Shown here: positions 1 through 9,036 of the stretch, piece after piece
How the letters are laid out: each line of letters opens with the position of its first letter
Position numbering within the stretch: the stretch's first letter is position 1
Assembly (NCBI GenBank): GCA_050177605.1
Contig: JBFXGX010000019.1
Span: 1-17,570 of the forward strand
Direction of reading: 5' to 3'
Length of the DNA: 17,570 nucleotides
Origin: Candidatus Izemoplasmatales bacterium
Lineage (GTDB): Bacteria; Bacillota_I; Bacilli_A; Izemoplasmatales; Hujiaoplasmataceae
Notes under the pieces: generated by a model
What the model saw: only the letters and a program-made list of their open reading frames with translations
The model's database searches: none
What the model was told of the DNA's origin: nothing
Translations under genes and position numbers: made by a program

Positions 1-371
1 GATATTAATGTCGGATCAATTCCTAATAAAGGACCAATATAAATCACTGCTAACATTGAACTCAAAGCCCCAACAAAAGAACCTACAATAATCACCACAA
101 AGTTCTTTTTAATAATATCCATCTTTGACATAATTGGCACTGCAAGCGATACAATTAGTGGACCTAAAAACACATGAATACCACTTAAATCTGTAACGAA
201 AGTAGCTAAATCAATCCCGGCAATTTTAATATAAGCAATGAGTAATATTGTCGCAACTAGTAACGGAGAAAAAATCGGAAGTTTTGTCTTTTGATAAATA
301 AAGACACCAATCATATACGCTAAAAATGTAAGCATTACCCCAAACTCTTGGGAAGCAAAAATCTCAGACAT
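1..371 (-). CDS. lrgB: LrgB/CidB family membrane protein, N-terminal part (runs off the left edge)
   Basis: Not in the ORF track. Manual translation from ATG at 371: MSEIFASQEFGVMLTFLAYMIGVFIYQKTKLPIFSPLLVATILLI...FLGPLIVSLAVPIMSKMDIIKKNFVVIIVGSFVG. The P-L-L and LGP..V.LAVP motifs are typical of LrgB. It overlaps the end of the cidA-like gene, and a GGAGG RBS lies inside the cidA 3' end. Confidence 0.9.
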   Translation of the reverse strand, partial: MSEIFASQEFGVMLTFLAYMIGVFIYQKTKLPIFSPLLVATILLIAYIKIAGIDLATFVTDLSGIHVFLGPLIVSLAVPIMSKMDIIKKNFVVIIVGSFVGALSSMLAVIYIGPLLGIDPTLI

Positions 372-753
372 TTGATTTACCTCCTTGTATTTTATTTTGT
401 AGGAAGAGTGTGAGTTTAACACTCAAATAAATACAAGTAAAACTAATCAATATCGAAATAAGTATTAATAACAATATCTTAAAGAAATCTTCTTGTAATA
501 TATCTACGTATTCGAGCACACCAACGGCCGCAGGAATAAAGAAAAAAGCCATATTTCCAGTTAAGAAATTACCGACATCTTCTACTTTATCTTTTTTGAC
601 CCATTTCATTGATAAAGCAATCACAAGGAACAATAGTCCGAGGATAGTCCCTGGCACGAAAATACTTGGGAAAAGTAATTGTACGATTTTACTTACCGTT
701 TCACCTAAGACAAAGAAAAGGAGAATGGTAAAGATTTGTATCATGATCTTCAT
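364..753 (-). CDS. cidA: CidA/LrgA family holin-like membrane protein
   Basis: 129 aa, hydrophobic, with LGE, PGTILG and M.FFFIPAAVG motifs typical of LrgA/CidA. Paired with lrgB. GAGGTG RBS. Confidence 0.9.
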   Translation of the reverse strand: MKIMIQIFTILLFFVLGETVSKIVQLLFPSIFVPGTILGLLFLVIALSMKWVKKDKVEDVGNFLTGNMAFFFIPAAVGVLEYVDILQEDFFKILLLILISILISFTCIYLSVKLTLFLQNKIQGGKSNV

Positions 754-832
754 AATGTCACCTCACCTTTATTATACTTGATAATTTCTAATTCTATATA
801 GCACTCGCCTAGTAAAGTGTTTTCAAAAAAGA

Positions 833-856
833 AAAGATGCAAATATTTGCATCTTT
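833..856 (-). terminator. Rho-independent terminator after the DUF1648-like gene
   Basis: Perfect 24-bp inverted repeat AAAGATGCAAAT/ATTTGCATCTTT next to the stop at 858, followed on the minus strand by a T-rich tract. Confidence 0.8.
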
Positions 857-857
857 A

Positions 858-1151
858 CTAAATATTCCAAACAAAGATTGTTATTTCTAAAGCAAGGAAA
901 ATAAGGTTAATGAGTGTTAATCTAAGTAAATTATTGCTACCCTTTTCTTCTTTATTCAATCGAACATTCGCATAGAGTACGAGAATTAACATCAGTCCTA
1001 ATCCAACAAATTTAGGTAACACTGTCCCTGGTTCGCCAGAAAAGGCTAGTTGCATGACAAGTTCACTAGGTAATAAGATAAAGCTAATGATAATAAAAAT
1101 CGTATGAATAGCCATAAAGCCATAAATAATATATTTTTGATTTAGTTTCAT
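858..1151 (-). CDS. Small membrane protein, DUF1648 / SdpI N-terminal-like
   Basis: 97 aa with three hydrophobic segments. LPSELVMQLAFSGEPGTVLPK resembles the DUF1648 LP..I..H....G.P pattern. ATGA overlap with the upstream gene (1148-1151). Confidence 0.6.
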   Translation of the reverse strand: MKLNQKYIIYGFMAIHTIFIIISFILLPSELVMQLAFSGEPGTVLPKFVGLGLMLILVLYANVRLNKEEKGSNNLLRLTLINLIFLALEITIFVWNI

Positions 1152-1780
1152 GCGCGTGTTTTCTCCTTTACTATTTGTTGATCAAGGAAAACAAATCCAT
1201 AGGACAACAAAATGACAAAAACAGAAATCCCAAGGACATAAAATAAGACACCGCCCCATCCAATTTTATCTGGATTAATAAAGTAGTAAGGGTATCTTGA
1301 TACAGATTCATCATAAATAAAAAGACCACCAAGTAAAGCATACATGTTTGCATAAACTAAATAATAGATTGGTACGACTAACCAGTATGGAACAAATTTA
1401 TAACTCAGTTCTCCTTTAGGATCAAATAAGAAATAATCAAGCAACACCATTAAAGGCGTATACGTATGGACAAAGAAATTCATCCAGAAGTCAGGTTTCT
1501 CGGTAAGCGTTGGTGCGAGCATTAAATGATAAACGATAAAGGTAATCATAATCGCAATCGTAATTGCACCTTTGATGTTTTGTATTCTCGTCGTCGTTCT
1601 TTTCTTCAGTAACAAATACAAAAAGAATCCAAAAACAAAAAGATTACTTTGAACAGTATAATACGAGAACTCTTGTAATAGATTTTCGCTTTGATAAAAT
1701 GCGAGAAATAGACCGATTGCGTTTCCTACTAATAAGAGAATTAAGTAGATATTTCTCCATTTCTTAATCTTTTCAAACAT
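1148..1780 (-). CDS. Pr6Pr-type (FAR-17a/AIG1-like) integral membrane protein
   Basis: Motifs FSYYTVQSN, VYHLML, VHTYTPL..LLDY, P.YY and YPYYFINP. Start moved from 1804 to ATG 1780 because AGGAG lies at 1786-1790. Confidence 0.75.
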   Translation of the reverse strand: MFEKIKKWRNIYLILLLVGNAIGLFLAFYQSENLLQEFSYYTVQSNLFVFGFFLYLLLKKRTTTRIQNIKGAITIAIMITFIVYHLMLAPTLTEKPDFWMNFFVHTYTPLMVLLDYFLFDPKGELSYKFVPYWLVVPIYYLVYANMYALLGGLFIYDESVSRYPYYFINPDKIGWGGVLFYVLGISVFVILLSYGFVFLDQQIVKEKTRA

Positions 1781-1808
1781 AGTTACTCCTAACTTCATTA
1801 TCAAAATC

Positions 1809-2510
1809 TTATTTCTTCATTACTAAGACTAAATGATAACTTTTATCTTTATCAAACGCGTCTTTTAACATATTACCATAACTAACTATATCTTTAAACC
1901 CTAATGATGCACAAATTTTGATTAAATCTTGACTTCTGATTGGGAATAAAGGCGTACTGCTTACTTCTACATCCTCGCCAACCGTAAGAACCGTATCAAA
2001 AGAAATATATTCATCTTTTAGAACGTATTTACGTTCAAAAGTGACAGTATCATTTTTTATGGTCGGTAATCCCTTAATATCTTGGTCTAGAATACGATCA
2101 TAATTAATAATACTAATAACGAGGTGCCCACCTTCTAAAAGCGATTCATGAACGTGTTTAAGTGAAGTCCTTATCTCTTCTTTGTTTTTTAAATGAACGA
2201 GGGTATTGCCAATACAAAAAACATTTTTGAATTGGTTCACATAAACAACATCTAAACAATTGCCCTCTAAAAAACGTCCTAAAAGTGACAATCGTTTCGT
2301 TTTCTCTAAAGCGATATGAACCATCTGAGGATCAATATCGATACCGAGTGTCTCATATCCTTTTCTTGATAATGCAAGTGAGTATTCTCCTGTTGCTGAT
2401 CCTAAGTCAAGTGTCTTCCCTTTCTCAAAGTGAGCCAGTAAAAAATCTACTGTATCTTGGTTCAGTGGGAAGATATCGTCATAGTACTTTGAAAATAGAT
2501 TTTTTTCCAT
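1809..2510 (-). CDS. Class I SAM-dependent methyltransferase, glycine/sarcosine N-methyltransferase-like motifs
   Basis: Motif I LDLGSATG, GIDID, then CIGNTLVHL and L.EGGHLVISIINYDRILD. AGGAGG RBS. Confidence 0.85.
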   Translation of the reverse strand: MEKNLFSKYYDDIFPLNQDTVDFLLAHFEKGKTLDLGSATGEYSLALSRKGYETLGIDIDPQMVHIALEKTKRLSLLGRFLEGNCLDVVYVNQFKNVFCIGNTLVHLKNKEEIRTSLKHVHESLLEGGHLVISIINYDRILDQDIKGLPTIKNDTVTFERKYVLKDEYISFDTVLTVGEDVEVSSTPLFPIRSQDLIKICASLGFKDIVSYGNMLKDAFDKDKSYHLVLVMKK

Positions 2511-2541
2511 GATTTATCCTCCTAGATTATTAATTACTGTC

Positions 2542-2550
2542 ATTATACCA
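2542..2550 (-). promoter_or_regulatory. Extended -10 promoter element for the methyltransferase operon
   Basis: Minus strand reads TGGTATAAT (TGn-TATAAT) about 30 nt upstream of the start codon. Confidence 0.55.
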
Positions 2551-2582
2551 AATATAAAAAAATATGCTAGTGAAGATAAAAA

Positions 2583-2603
2583 AATTCGCGAAAATCGCGA
2601 ATT
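2583..2603 (-). terminator. Rho-independent terminator after kbl
   Basis: AATTCGCGA-aaa-TCGCGAATT hairpin at the kbl stop, followed by a T-run on the minus strand. Confidence 0.75.
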
Positions 2604-3783
2604 ATTTTATAATTTCAAGTTCTTTCCCGACACGTTTGAAGATTTGAATTGCTTCATATAAATCTTCTAATGTATGAGAAGCACTAATCATCACACGTAA
2701 TCTTCCTGTTCCTTTGGGAACGGTTGGAAAGACAATTCCGGATACAAAAACACCTTGATTCATCAGTGCCTTTGAAAACGCCATTGTTTTCGCCTCATCA
2801 CCAATCATCAAAGGAGTGATTGGTGTTTCAGAATGACCAATGTCAAACCCAGCCTTTTTCATTTCATCTTTAAAATAACGAGCATTCGACCAAAGACGAT
2901 CGGTAAACTCTTCTGTTTCCATCAAGATTTTTACACTTTCAATCGCTGCAGCAATCGCACTTGGTGGAAGAGCCGTTGAAAACAGTAAAGGTCTAGCACG
3001 GTGAAGCAACCAATCTTTCACGATTTGTTTTGAAGCGACATAGCCACCGATGACGCCAATCGCTTTTGATAATGTACCGATAATAAAATCAATTTCACCA
3101 TGTAAATGAAAATGATCGACACTTCCTCTACCGGAGGTTCCAAGAACACCACTTCCATGGGCATCATCTACATAAGTTAGGCAATCATACTGTTTCGCTA
3201 ATCTGACGATATCAGGTAGTTTAGCAATATCTCCATCCATTGAAAAGACACCATCAGTAATAATCAATATATTTTTATACATTGCTCTTTTTTCAATTAA
3301 GATACGTTCTAAGTCTTCCATATCCGAGTGTTTATAAACAGCTTTATCTGCTTTGGATAGTCTTGTGCCATCGATAATTGACGCGTGATTTAAACTATCT
3401 GAAAGAATTAAATCCCCTGGGTTCGTAATCGCTTGAATGACACCTATATTACAATTGAGACCAGATTGAAAAACCGTGACTGCTTCTTCACCTTTAAACG
3501 CTGCGAGAAGTTCTTCTAGTTCTTCTAGTAAATCTTGATTCCCGATAATGGTTCTTACACTACCAGCACCAACACCATATTTATGAATAGCGTCTATCGA
3601 AGCTTGTTTGACTCTTTCATGACTTGCAAGTCCTAGATAATTATTACTAGATAGATTGATTGTTCTTTTGTGATTTAAATCAATCACATTCGAACAAGGA
3701 CCATAATTCACTGGTAACTTACGGTACACCCCTGCTTTTTTTAGTTCTTCCACTTGTTCATAAAAATAATCTAGTTTTGACAA
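2602..3783 (-). CDS. kbl: Glycine C-acetyltransferase (2-amino-3-ketobutyrate CoA ligase)
   Basis: Alpha-oxoamine synthase motifs [37 protein letters not shown] (PLP lysine) and ARPLLFST. Directly downstream of tdh. TTG start with GGAGG in the tdh 3' end. Confidence 0.93.
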   Translation of the reverse strand: MSKLDYFYEQVEELKKAGVYRKLPVNYGPCSNVIDLNHKRTINLSSNNYLGLASHERVKQASIDAIHKYGVGAGSVRTIIGNQDLLEELEELLAAFKGEEAVTVFQSGLNCNIGVIQAITNPGDLILSDSLNHASIIDGTRLSKADKAVYKHSDMEDLERILIEKRAMYKNILIITDGVFSMDGDIAKLPDIVRLAKQYDCLTYVDDAHGSGVLGTSGRGSVDHFHLHGEIDFIIGTLSKAIGVIGGYVASKQIVKDWLLHRARPLLFSTALPPSAIAAAIESVKILMETEEFTDRLWSNARYFKDEMKKAGFDIGHSETPITPLMIGDEAKTMAFSKALMNQGVFVSGIVFPTVPKGTGRLRVMISASHTLEDLYEAIQIFKRVGKELEIIK

Positions 3784-3785
3784 TA

Positions 3786-4862
3786 TTATTTACCTCCTGG
3801 AATTAAAATGATTTTACCACAGTTTCCACTCCCCATAATCTCTGCGGCAGTATTAATCTCTGTTAACGGAAACTCATGCGTGATAATCTTTTCTAAATGA
3901 AGTTTTCCACTATGTATTAGCTCTTTGACTTGGTACCAAGTATCATAGATTCTTCGACCAACAACACCATAAATATGAATGCCTTTAAAGACGATATCAT
4001 TCGCGACATCAATCTCTATTTTGGAAGATGGAATACCAAGCATAGATAAACCACCACCAGGTTTCAAATACGAAAAAGCTTGTTCGATGGCCGTTTTATT
4101 CCCTGAAAATTCGCCAATAACATCCACACCTGCACCATTTGTAAGAGCCATTACAGTTTCATAGACGTTTTCTTGTTTTGGATTGATGACAGCATCCGCA
4201 CCAATCTCTTTCGCAAGATTTCTTCTAAAATCATTCACTTCAATCGCAATTACTTTTCTTGCGCCAAGCGCTTTTGCGACATCAACGCCCATTAATCCAA
4301 TCGGACCACATCCAACGACACATACATCTTTATCAAAAACATCAAAATGAGTCATTGTATGCACAGCGTTTCCTAAAGGTTCTTGAATGCTTAAATGATG
4401 CATATTCATTGATTTATCATTGACAAAACAATTCGCTGCTGGAATTTTTAAATAATCCGCAAAGCACCCATCAATATCCACACCGATAATCTTTGTGTTT
4501 TTACAGATATGGCCTTCACCTCTTTTACAGAATTCACATTCATTGCAGATAATATGTGTTTCTGCACTGACGATGTCTCCAAGTTGTACTCTCGTTACTT
4601 TCTTCCCTATTTTTACAATTTCGCCACTAAATTCGTGGCCAACGGTTAAAGGTAGTTTTAATCTTTTTTTACTCCAATCATCATAAGTATAGATATGATA
4701 GTCTGTTCCACAAAACGAAGTGGTTAAGACTTTAATCAGTACTTCATCATCCTTTAAAATCGTTGAAATCTTTTTTTCTTTAATACTAAATCCTTTTGCT
4801 GGTTGATCCTTGACAACTGCCGTGACCTTGACTTCATCAGGCAAAGAATAACGATCTGTCAT
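3786..4862 (-). CDS. tdh: L-threonine 3-dehydrogenase (Zn-dependent MDR)
   Basis: CGTD.HIY..D.W, GHEFSG, VSAETHI, structural Zn motif CNECEFC...[17 protein letters not shown] and [12 protein letters not shown]. Adjacent to kbl. Confidence 0.95.
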   Translation of the reverse strand: MTDRYSLPDEVKVTAVVKDQPAKGFSIKEKKISTILKDDEVLIKVLTTSFCGTDYHIYTYDDWSKKRLKLPLTVGHEFSGEIVKIGKKVTRVQLGDIVSAETHIICNECEFCKRGEGHICKNTKIIGVDIDGCFADYLKIPAANCFVNDKSMNMHHLSIQEPLGNAVHTMTHFDVFDKDVCVVGCGPIGLMGVDVAKALGARKVIAIEVNDFRRNLAKEIGADAVINPKQENVYETVMALTNGAGVDVIGEFSGNKTAIEQAFSYLKPGGGLSMLGIPSSKIEIDVANDIVFKGIHIYGVVGRRIYDTWYQVKELIHSGKLHLEKIITHEFPLTEINTAAEIMGSGNCGKIILIPGGK

Positions 4863-4904
4863 TTTCCTTTTCTGCTCCTTCTACTATACAATCATTACAA
4901 ATTC

Positions 4905-4913
4905 ATTATATCA
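4905..4913 (-). promoter_or_regulatory. Extended -10 promoter of tdh-kbl
   Basis: Minus strand TGATATAAT about 45 nt upstream of tdh. No recognisable -35. Confidence 0.6.
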
Positions 4914-5031
4914 TATCTATGATATGAGAGATGGAGATATTTGATATTTCATTTTCATTCTTGTTACATTTGTGAAAAATCTAATTTGAATGCGAATTTT
5001 TTGCTATTCACTATTACTAGTAATTGTTCTA

Positions 5032-5040
5032 TGTTATAAT
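5032..5040 (+). promoter_or_regulatory. Extended -10 promoter of the AraC gene
   Basis: TGTTATAAT just upstream of GGTGA RBS and ATG 5058. Confidence 0.55.
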
Positions 5041-5057
5041 ATAGTTTGGTGATAAAC

Positions 5058-6254
5058 ATGAGTATAGATCATATACTGAAAAAAATTGAGTTGTTTCATA
5101 AATATACAAATATTGAAACAACCGTTATTTACAAACAAAAAATAATCTATTGTTCATTCGAATTAAAAGATGTTTTTGATTTTGGGATTTATCCAAAAAT
5201 CAAAGAGATGTCTTTCTCTACAGACAAAGTTCAAATGATTTGTCATAATTCCATTGAATGTTTTGGTATCTTTAATTACATTCTTGAAGGAAAGGAATAT
5301 CTCATCATTGTTGGTCCTATTTTAACTTCACGCCCACTGGTTGATGAAAACTTAAAATACCTCTCCTTCTATCATTTAAGACAAGAGGATATTATTAAGC
5401 GTTTTGTGGCATTAATTCCACAACATACTTTATCTCAGTTTGCATCTTATTTAGAACTTATCTTCCATGAGGTTTCTGGAAAAGACTTCCCGGGAGAATC
5501 CATTCTCCAAGAAAGACAAACGATTCTGTCCGCCGTTGAAAATGATGACTTTTCTAACCAAATCATCTTAGACCCAAAAGAGATGATTCCTACAAGTCAA
5601 ATCGGAGAAGCAATAGAAAAGTATATTGATGTTGTAAAACGTGGTGATTTAGCAAAGATGAATGCTTTATTTAGCACGAAATTACTATTCCATCAATATT
5701 CCACTGCCAACCCACAAAGAAATCTTTATAACATTATTTCTTTATCCGCATTACTCGGAAAAGCAGCGGTTGATTCTGGATGTGACTTCGTTGAAATATC
5801 AGCGCTTGGTTCTTCTTTCATTCAACTCGCAGAAAACTTTCAAAAGCCGAATGATTTTGTCGCATTGTTTAAAAAAATGATTCTTGGTTTCACAAACATC
5901 GTTCATCAAGAACTCAATAAAAACAATTACTCCAAAGCAGTGAAAAAGGCAATTAACTATATTGATAAACATATTCATTATCCGATTTCTCTTGAAGAAA
6001 TCAGTGAGTATGTAAAGTTATCCAGACCTTACCTTTCTCAAATGTTTTCAAAAGAAGTTGGTGTGACAGTCCAAACCTATATTCAAGACCGAAAAATGCA
6101 AGAAGCTGAAAACTTAATTAAGTTTTCGAAGATGTCGATTGCGGAAGTATCGGCTAGTCTATCTTACTGTTCACAAAGTTACTTTATTGAAGTCTTTAAA
6201 CGCAGTAAAAATATGACCCCACTTGAATATCGTAAAAAAGCCCTAAAACAATAA
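5058..6254 (+). CDS. AraC-family transcriptional regulator with large N-terminal (PocR-like) sensor region
   Basis: C-terminal double HTH: AINYIDKH..ISLEEIS..VKLSRPYLSQMFSKEVG ... SIAEVS..LSYCSQSYF..VFKR..MTP.EYR. N-terminal IIVGP motif. ATG 5058 preferred over 5046 because GGTGA precedes it. Confidence 0.9.
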   Translation: MSIDHILKKIELFHKYTNIETTVIYKQKIIYCSFELKDVFDFGIYPKIKEMSFSTDKVQMICHNSIECFGIFNYILEGKEYLIIVGPILTSRPLVDENLKYLSFYHLRQEDIIKRFVALIPQHTLSQFASYLELIFHEVSGKDFPGESILQERQTILSAVENDDFSNQIILDPKEMIPTSQIGEAIEKYIDVVKRGDLAKMNALFSTKLLFHQYSTANPQRNLYNIISLSALLGKAAVDSGCDFVEISALGSSFIQLAENFQKPNDFVALFKKMILGFTNIVHQELNKNNYSKAVKKAINYIDKHIHYPISLEEISEYVKLSRPYLSQMFSKEVGVTVQTYIQDRKMQEAENLIKFSKMSIAEVSASLSYCSQSYFIEVFKRSKNMTPLEYRKKALKQ

Positions 6255-6279
6255 AGAGTGATGAATTTCATCACTCTTT
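6253..6279. terminator. Bidirectional terminator between convergent AraC and esterase genes
   Basis: 13-bp inverted repeat AAAGAGTGATGAA-t-TTCATCACTCTTT overlapping both stop codons. Confidence 0.8.
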
Positions 6280-7197
6280 TAGTTTGCCTTTTATAAAGTT
6301 AATTCTCTCTCTAATACTCTCTCTCACGACACTCGCTTTAGCCATTGCATCATATCCATGGACCGCATGTTTGATATCTCTTAATAGAACATCAACTTGA
6401 TTTTGTTTTAATAGTTCTGTAAAACAGACACCATCATCATGAAGTGGATCATACTCTAATATCTCGATGTAGGTTGGTTCTAGTTGAGCTAAATTTGGAT
6501 GAACACAAGGGAACGTATATTTTTCCAAATCATACACGCCATTTTTATAATAATGCTTCATCACAAACTTTAACATTTTTGAATTGAACATCGGTGTAAA
6601 AGTATAGGTCATTCTTGAATGAGAAGTAAGCGTTTTATCTAGTGCAGGATAGAGAAGTAATTGGTAAGGTGGTAAATCTATTCCTTCATCTTTTAAATAT
6701 AAACTTAACCCCGCAGCGAGATTTCCTCCAGCTGAATCCCCACCAAGTCCGATTCTATCCTCTAAAATATCAAATTGTGACGCATTTTCCTTGATATACA
6801 TGTATGAATCTATCACATCATAAAAAGCGGTAGGAAACGGATATTTTGGCGCGAGACGGTAATGAACCATAAATGTTCTCATTCCGAGTTCTTTTGCGAT
6901 ATAGGAAAGACTCATCTTATGAATATGTGTTCCCGGCATCATAAATCCTCCACCAGGAAAATAAAGAAGCGTTTCTTTCGTATGGCGCTTCTCAGGTGTG
7001 AAGATATCGATGTGAATCATTCCACCATCTCTCATTTTTACTTGTATTCTTTTTTGAGTAACTCCAGCTTCAGGTTTCTTAAGGACGTATAAAAAACGAA
7101 CAAGTAGATTCGATAAATGAATCAAAAATACATTTTTTGGCATCCTTAACAGTAGCAAAGGATATAGCTCTTTATCTAGTTTAAAATCTTTTGCCAT
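6271..7197 (-). CDS. Alpha/beta hydrolase, hormone-sensitive-lipase (Abhydrolase_3) family esterase
   Basis: PGGGF oxyanion region, YRLAP.YPFP, nucleophile GDSAGG, acid EYDPL.D and catalytic HGY. Confidence 0.92.
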   Translation of the reverse strand: MAKDFKLDKELYPLLLLRMPKNVFLIHLSNLLVRFLYVLKKPEAGVTQKRIQVKMRDGGMIHIDIFTPEKRHTKETLLYFPGGGFMMPGTHIHKMSLSYIAKELGMRTFMVHYRLAPKYPFPTAFYDVIDSYMYIKENASQFDILEDRIGLGGDSAGGNLAAGLSLYLKDEGIDLPPYQLLLYPALDKTLTSHSRMTYTFTPMFNSKMLKFVMKHYYKNGVYDLEKYTFPCVHPNLAQLEPTYIEILEYDPLHDDGVCFTELLKQNQVDVLLRDIKHAVHGYDAMAKASVVRESIRERINFIKGKLKE

Positions 7198-7213
7198 AGG
7201 GCCTCCTAAAAAG

Positions 7214-7897
7214 TTAAGTTAATGCTTTGATATCTTCTTGATGGTATTTTCTATTCATCTTATAAAAAATCTTTGTACAGATGAGAATAAACGCAATCCA
7301 AGCACCATAGAATAGTAACTTTACACCAAGATTTAAGAAATCACTATTCGTGATATCTAAAAAAGTTGGTTTCACAATATTATAGATAAATGTTGTTCCT
7401 TCTGTTTTATCAGCGTAAAATAAAGCCGCGTGAACGAGAATAAAAAATAAAACTAAGAATATCTGATATTGTTTCGTTCTTTTAAAAGGTGTCACTTTTG
7501 ATAAATAAATGCCACCGGCAAATATAATACCGTGGCTGAATATCGCAATTACTAAATCATACATTCCAAGATGGAATGTCGCTAAATAGCCAAAAATAGA
7601 ATAGTATGTAAAGTACCCAAATCCACTTAAAATACCAAAGAACGATGCGATGTGATAGTACTTCTCTTTTCCAATCACAACAATGATTGTAAAAAGAAAA
7701 TAGGTGATTGTTGAAATCTCTACAGGGAAAGTAAAACCTTCTGTGATGCTTAAATACGTATATTGGATTAGTTTGTAAATAAGCAATACCCATGAGATTA
7801 TCTTGACGTATTTCATTTTACTAGGTTCTTTTCCAAAAAACTTAATTAAGAATACAGTCATTATAATTCCAAGTAAACTAATGAAGTTTATGATCAC
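7214..7897 (-). CDS. YwaF/TIGR02206-like integral membrane protein (paralog A)
   Basis: Multi-TM protein with FPVEIST and SHG motifs. GTG start at 7897 chosen for the G-rich RBS and alignment with the paralog at 9090-9779. Confidence 0.6.
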   Translation of the reverse strand: MIINFISLLGIIMTVFLIKFFGKEPSKMKYVKIISWVLLIYKLIQYTYLSITEGFTFPVEISTITYFLFTIIVVIGKEKYYHIASFFGILSGFGYFTYYSIFGYLATFHLGMYDLVIAIFSHGIIFAGGIYLSKVTPFKRTKQYQIFLVLFFILVHAALFYADKTEGTTFIYNIVKPTFLDITNSDFLNLGVKLLFYGAWIAFILICTKIFYKMNRKYHQEDIKALT

Positions 7898-7995
7898 TTT
7901 ACCATCCCCCTTCTTACAAGAATATATCATACCTTAAAAAGGTATGGAAGTCCACAACTAAGAATGATTTATTCTAAAATTTTACTTTTGAAAAA

Positions 7996-8019
7996 AAGAG
8001 AAACAATTAAGTTTCTCTT
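7996..8019 (-). terminator. Rho-independent terminator after the GNAT gene
   Basis: AAGAGAAAC-aattaa-GTTTCTCTT with a T-tail on the minus strand. Confidence 0.75.
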
Positions 8020-8029
8020 AAAAAATGAC

Positions 8030-8962
8030 TTACCATTTTAAATCATAAATGATTTCCCCACCATCAACGATGCCCGTATCTTGAAATCCTAGTTTTTCAT
8101 AAAGTTGTTTCGCAACAACGTTTTCTGGTTCAAAACTAATTCTAATGAGATGGTTGGAGGCGACTTCTTTTAAATCCTTTAAAATAATTTCCATCGCTTT
8201 TTGTCCATAGCCTAATCCTTGATATAACTCATCAATCATTAATCGGTAGATCCAATACTCATGGTCAGTACGGTCTACACAATACATTAAAAATCCAACA
8301 ATATTCTGATGAACCATGATTGCTTTTGGAATACATTCCTCTTGGTATTTTGATTGCGCTAAACTAAGTGCATTTGAAGCAATAAAATTTTCTTGTTCTA
8401 CTTTGAGTTTGAGTTTAGACACCTCAATAAAGTTATCGATGGTCACATCTTCTAGATGAACTTGTGCTATTCTATTTTCTTGCCAAGATGATTTTTGCAA
8501 GGTCATATATAGATGTTTTTCACCTTGATAATCGAAAGAATATTCGTCGATAAAACCTAGTTTATGATATAGATGAATTGCAGGAATATTATCAATATGA
8601 GGATCAACTTTCGCAGACAATGCACTGGTATTCTTAAAAAGTTGGTCTATCGCAAATGAGAATGCCTGTAGTCCAATATGTTTTCCTCTTCCTTTTTCAA
8701 ATAACTTGATATCAAGAATAGCAGGTTCATTCGTATTTTCAAAGGAATAATAGGTTTCGCCCATAAACCCTTGATGCCTTAGGAAGATCGAATAGTGCTT
8801 TGTATTTTCTTTTTGTTGGATATGCTCAAACCATGAAATCATCTTTTCTTTGGTGGTGTTGAGCCCATTTGGGAATCCTACATACATCATTACACTTGGT
8901 GTGTTCCATAACTCCATGAGCATGTCTAAATCTTTTTCTCTTGTCTCTTTAATAAGTAGCAT
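8030..8962 (-). CDS. Tandem two-domain GNAT N-acetyltransferase
   Basis: Two acetyl-CoA motif sets: RGKHIG...NIPAIHLYHKLGF (RimJ-like) and RLMID..YQGLGYG...NVVAKQLYEKLGF (BltD/polyamine-acetyltransferase-like). Confidence 0.88.
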   Translation of the reverse strand: MLLIKETREKDLDMLMELWNTPSVMMYVGFPNGLNTTKEKMISWFEHIQQKENTKHYSIFLRHQGFMGETYYSFENTNEPAILDIKLFEKGRGKHIGLQAFSFAIDQLFKNTSALSAKVDPHIDNIPAIHLYHKLGFIDEYSFDYQGEKHLYMTLQKSSWQENRIAQVHLEDVTIDNFIEVSKLKLKVEQENFIASNALSLAQSKYQEECIPKAIMVHQNIVGFLMYCVDRTDHEYWIYRLMIDELYQGLGYGQKAMEIILKDLKEVASNHLIRISFEPENVVAKQLYEKLGFQDTGIVDGGEIIYDLKW

Positions 8963-9036
8963 CCAAAATCACCTCATCAATTTCATACATAGTAATCATA
9001 TCATAAATGAATGGATTTCAATCGATTTGATTAAAA

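Noticed and set aside
2602..3783. Annotation as BioF (8-amino-7-oxononanoate synthase) or serine palmitoyltransferase
   Set aside because: Same family, but tight coupling to tdh and the absence of biotin genes favour Kbl.
596..4686. Short ORFs 596-781, 1171-1353, 2285-2512, 3979-4164 and 4495-4686
   Set aside because: They overlap well-supported genes on the opposite strand or in another frame and have no recognisable motifs; shadow ORFs.
4863..4904. Possible T-box or glycine riboswitch ahead of tdh-kbl
   Set aside because: The predicted 5' UTR is only about 35 nt and has no T-box or aptamer motifs.
6304..6325. TC dinucleotide runs
   Set aside because: Short, and explained by Arg/Glu codons at the esterase C-terminus; no sign of a phase-variable tract.
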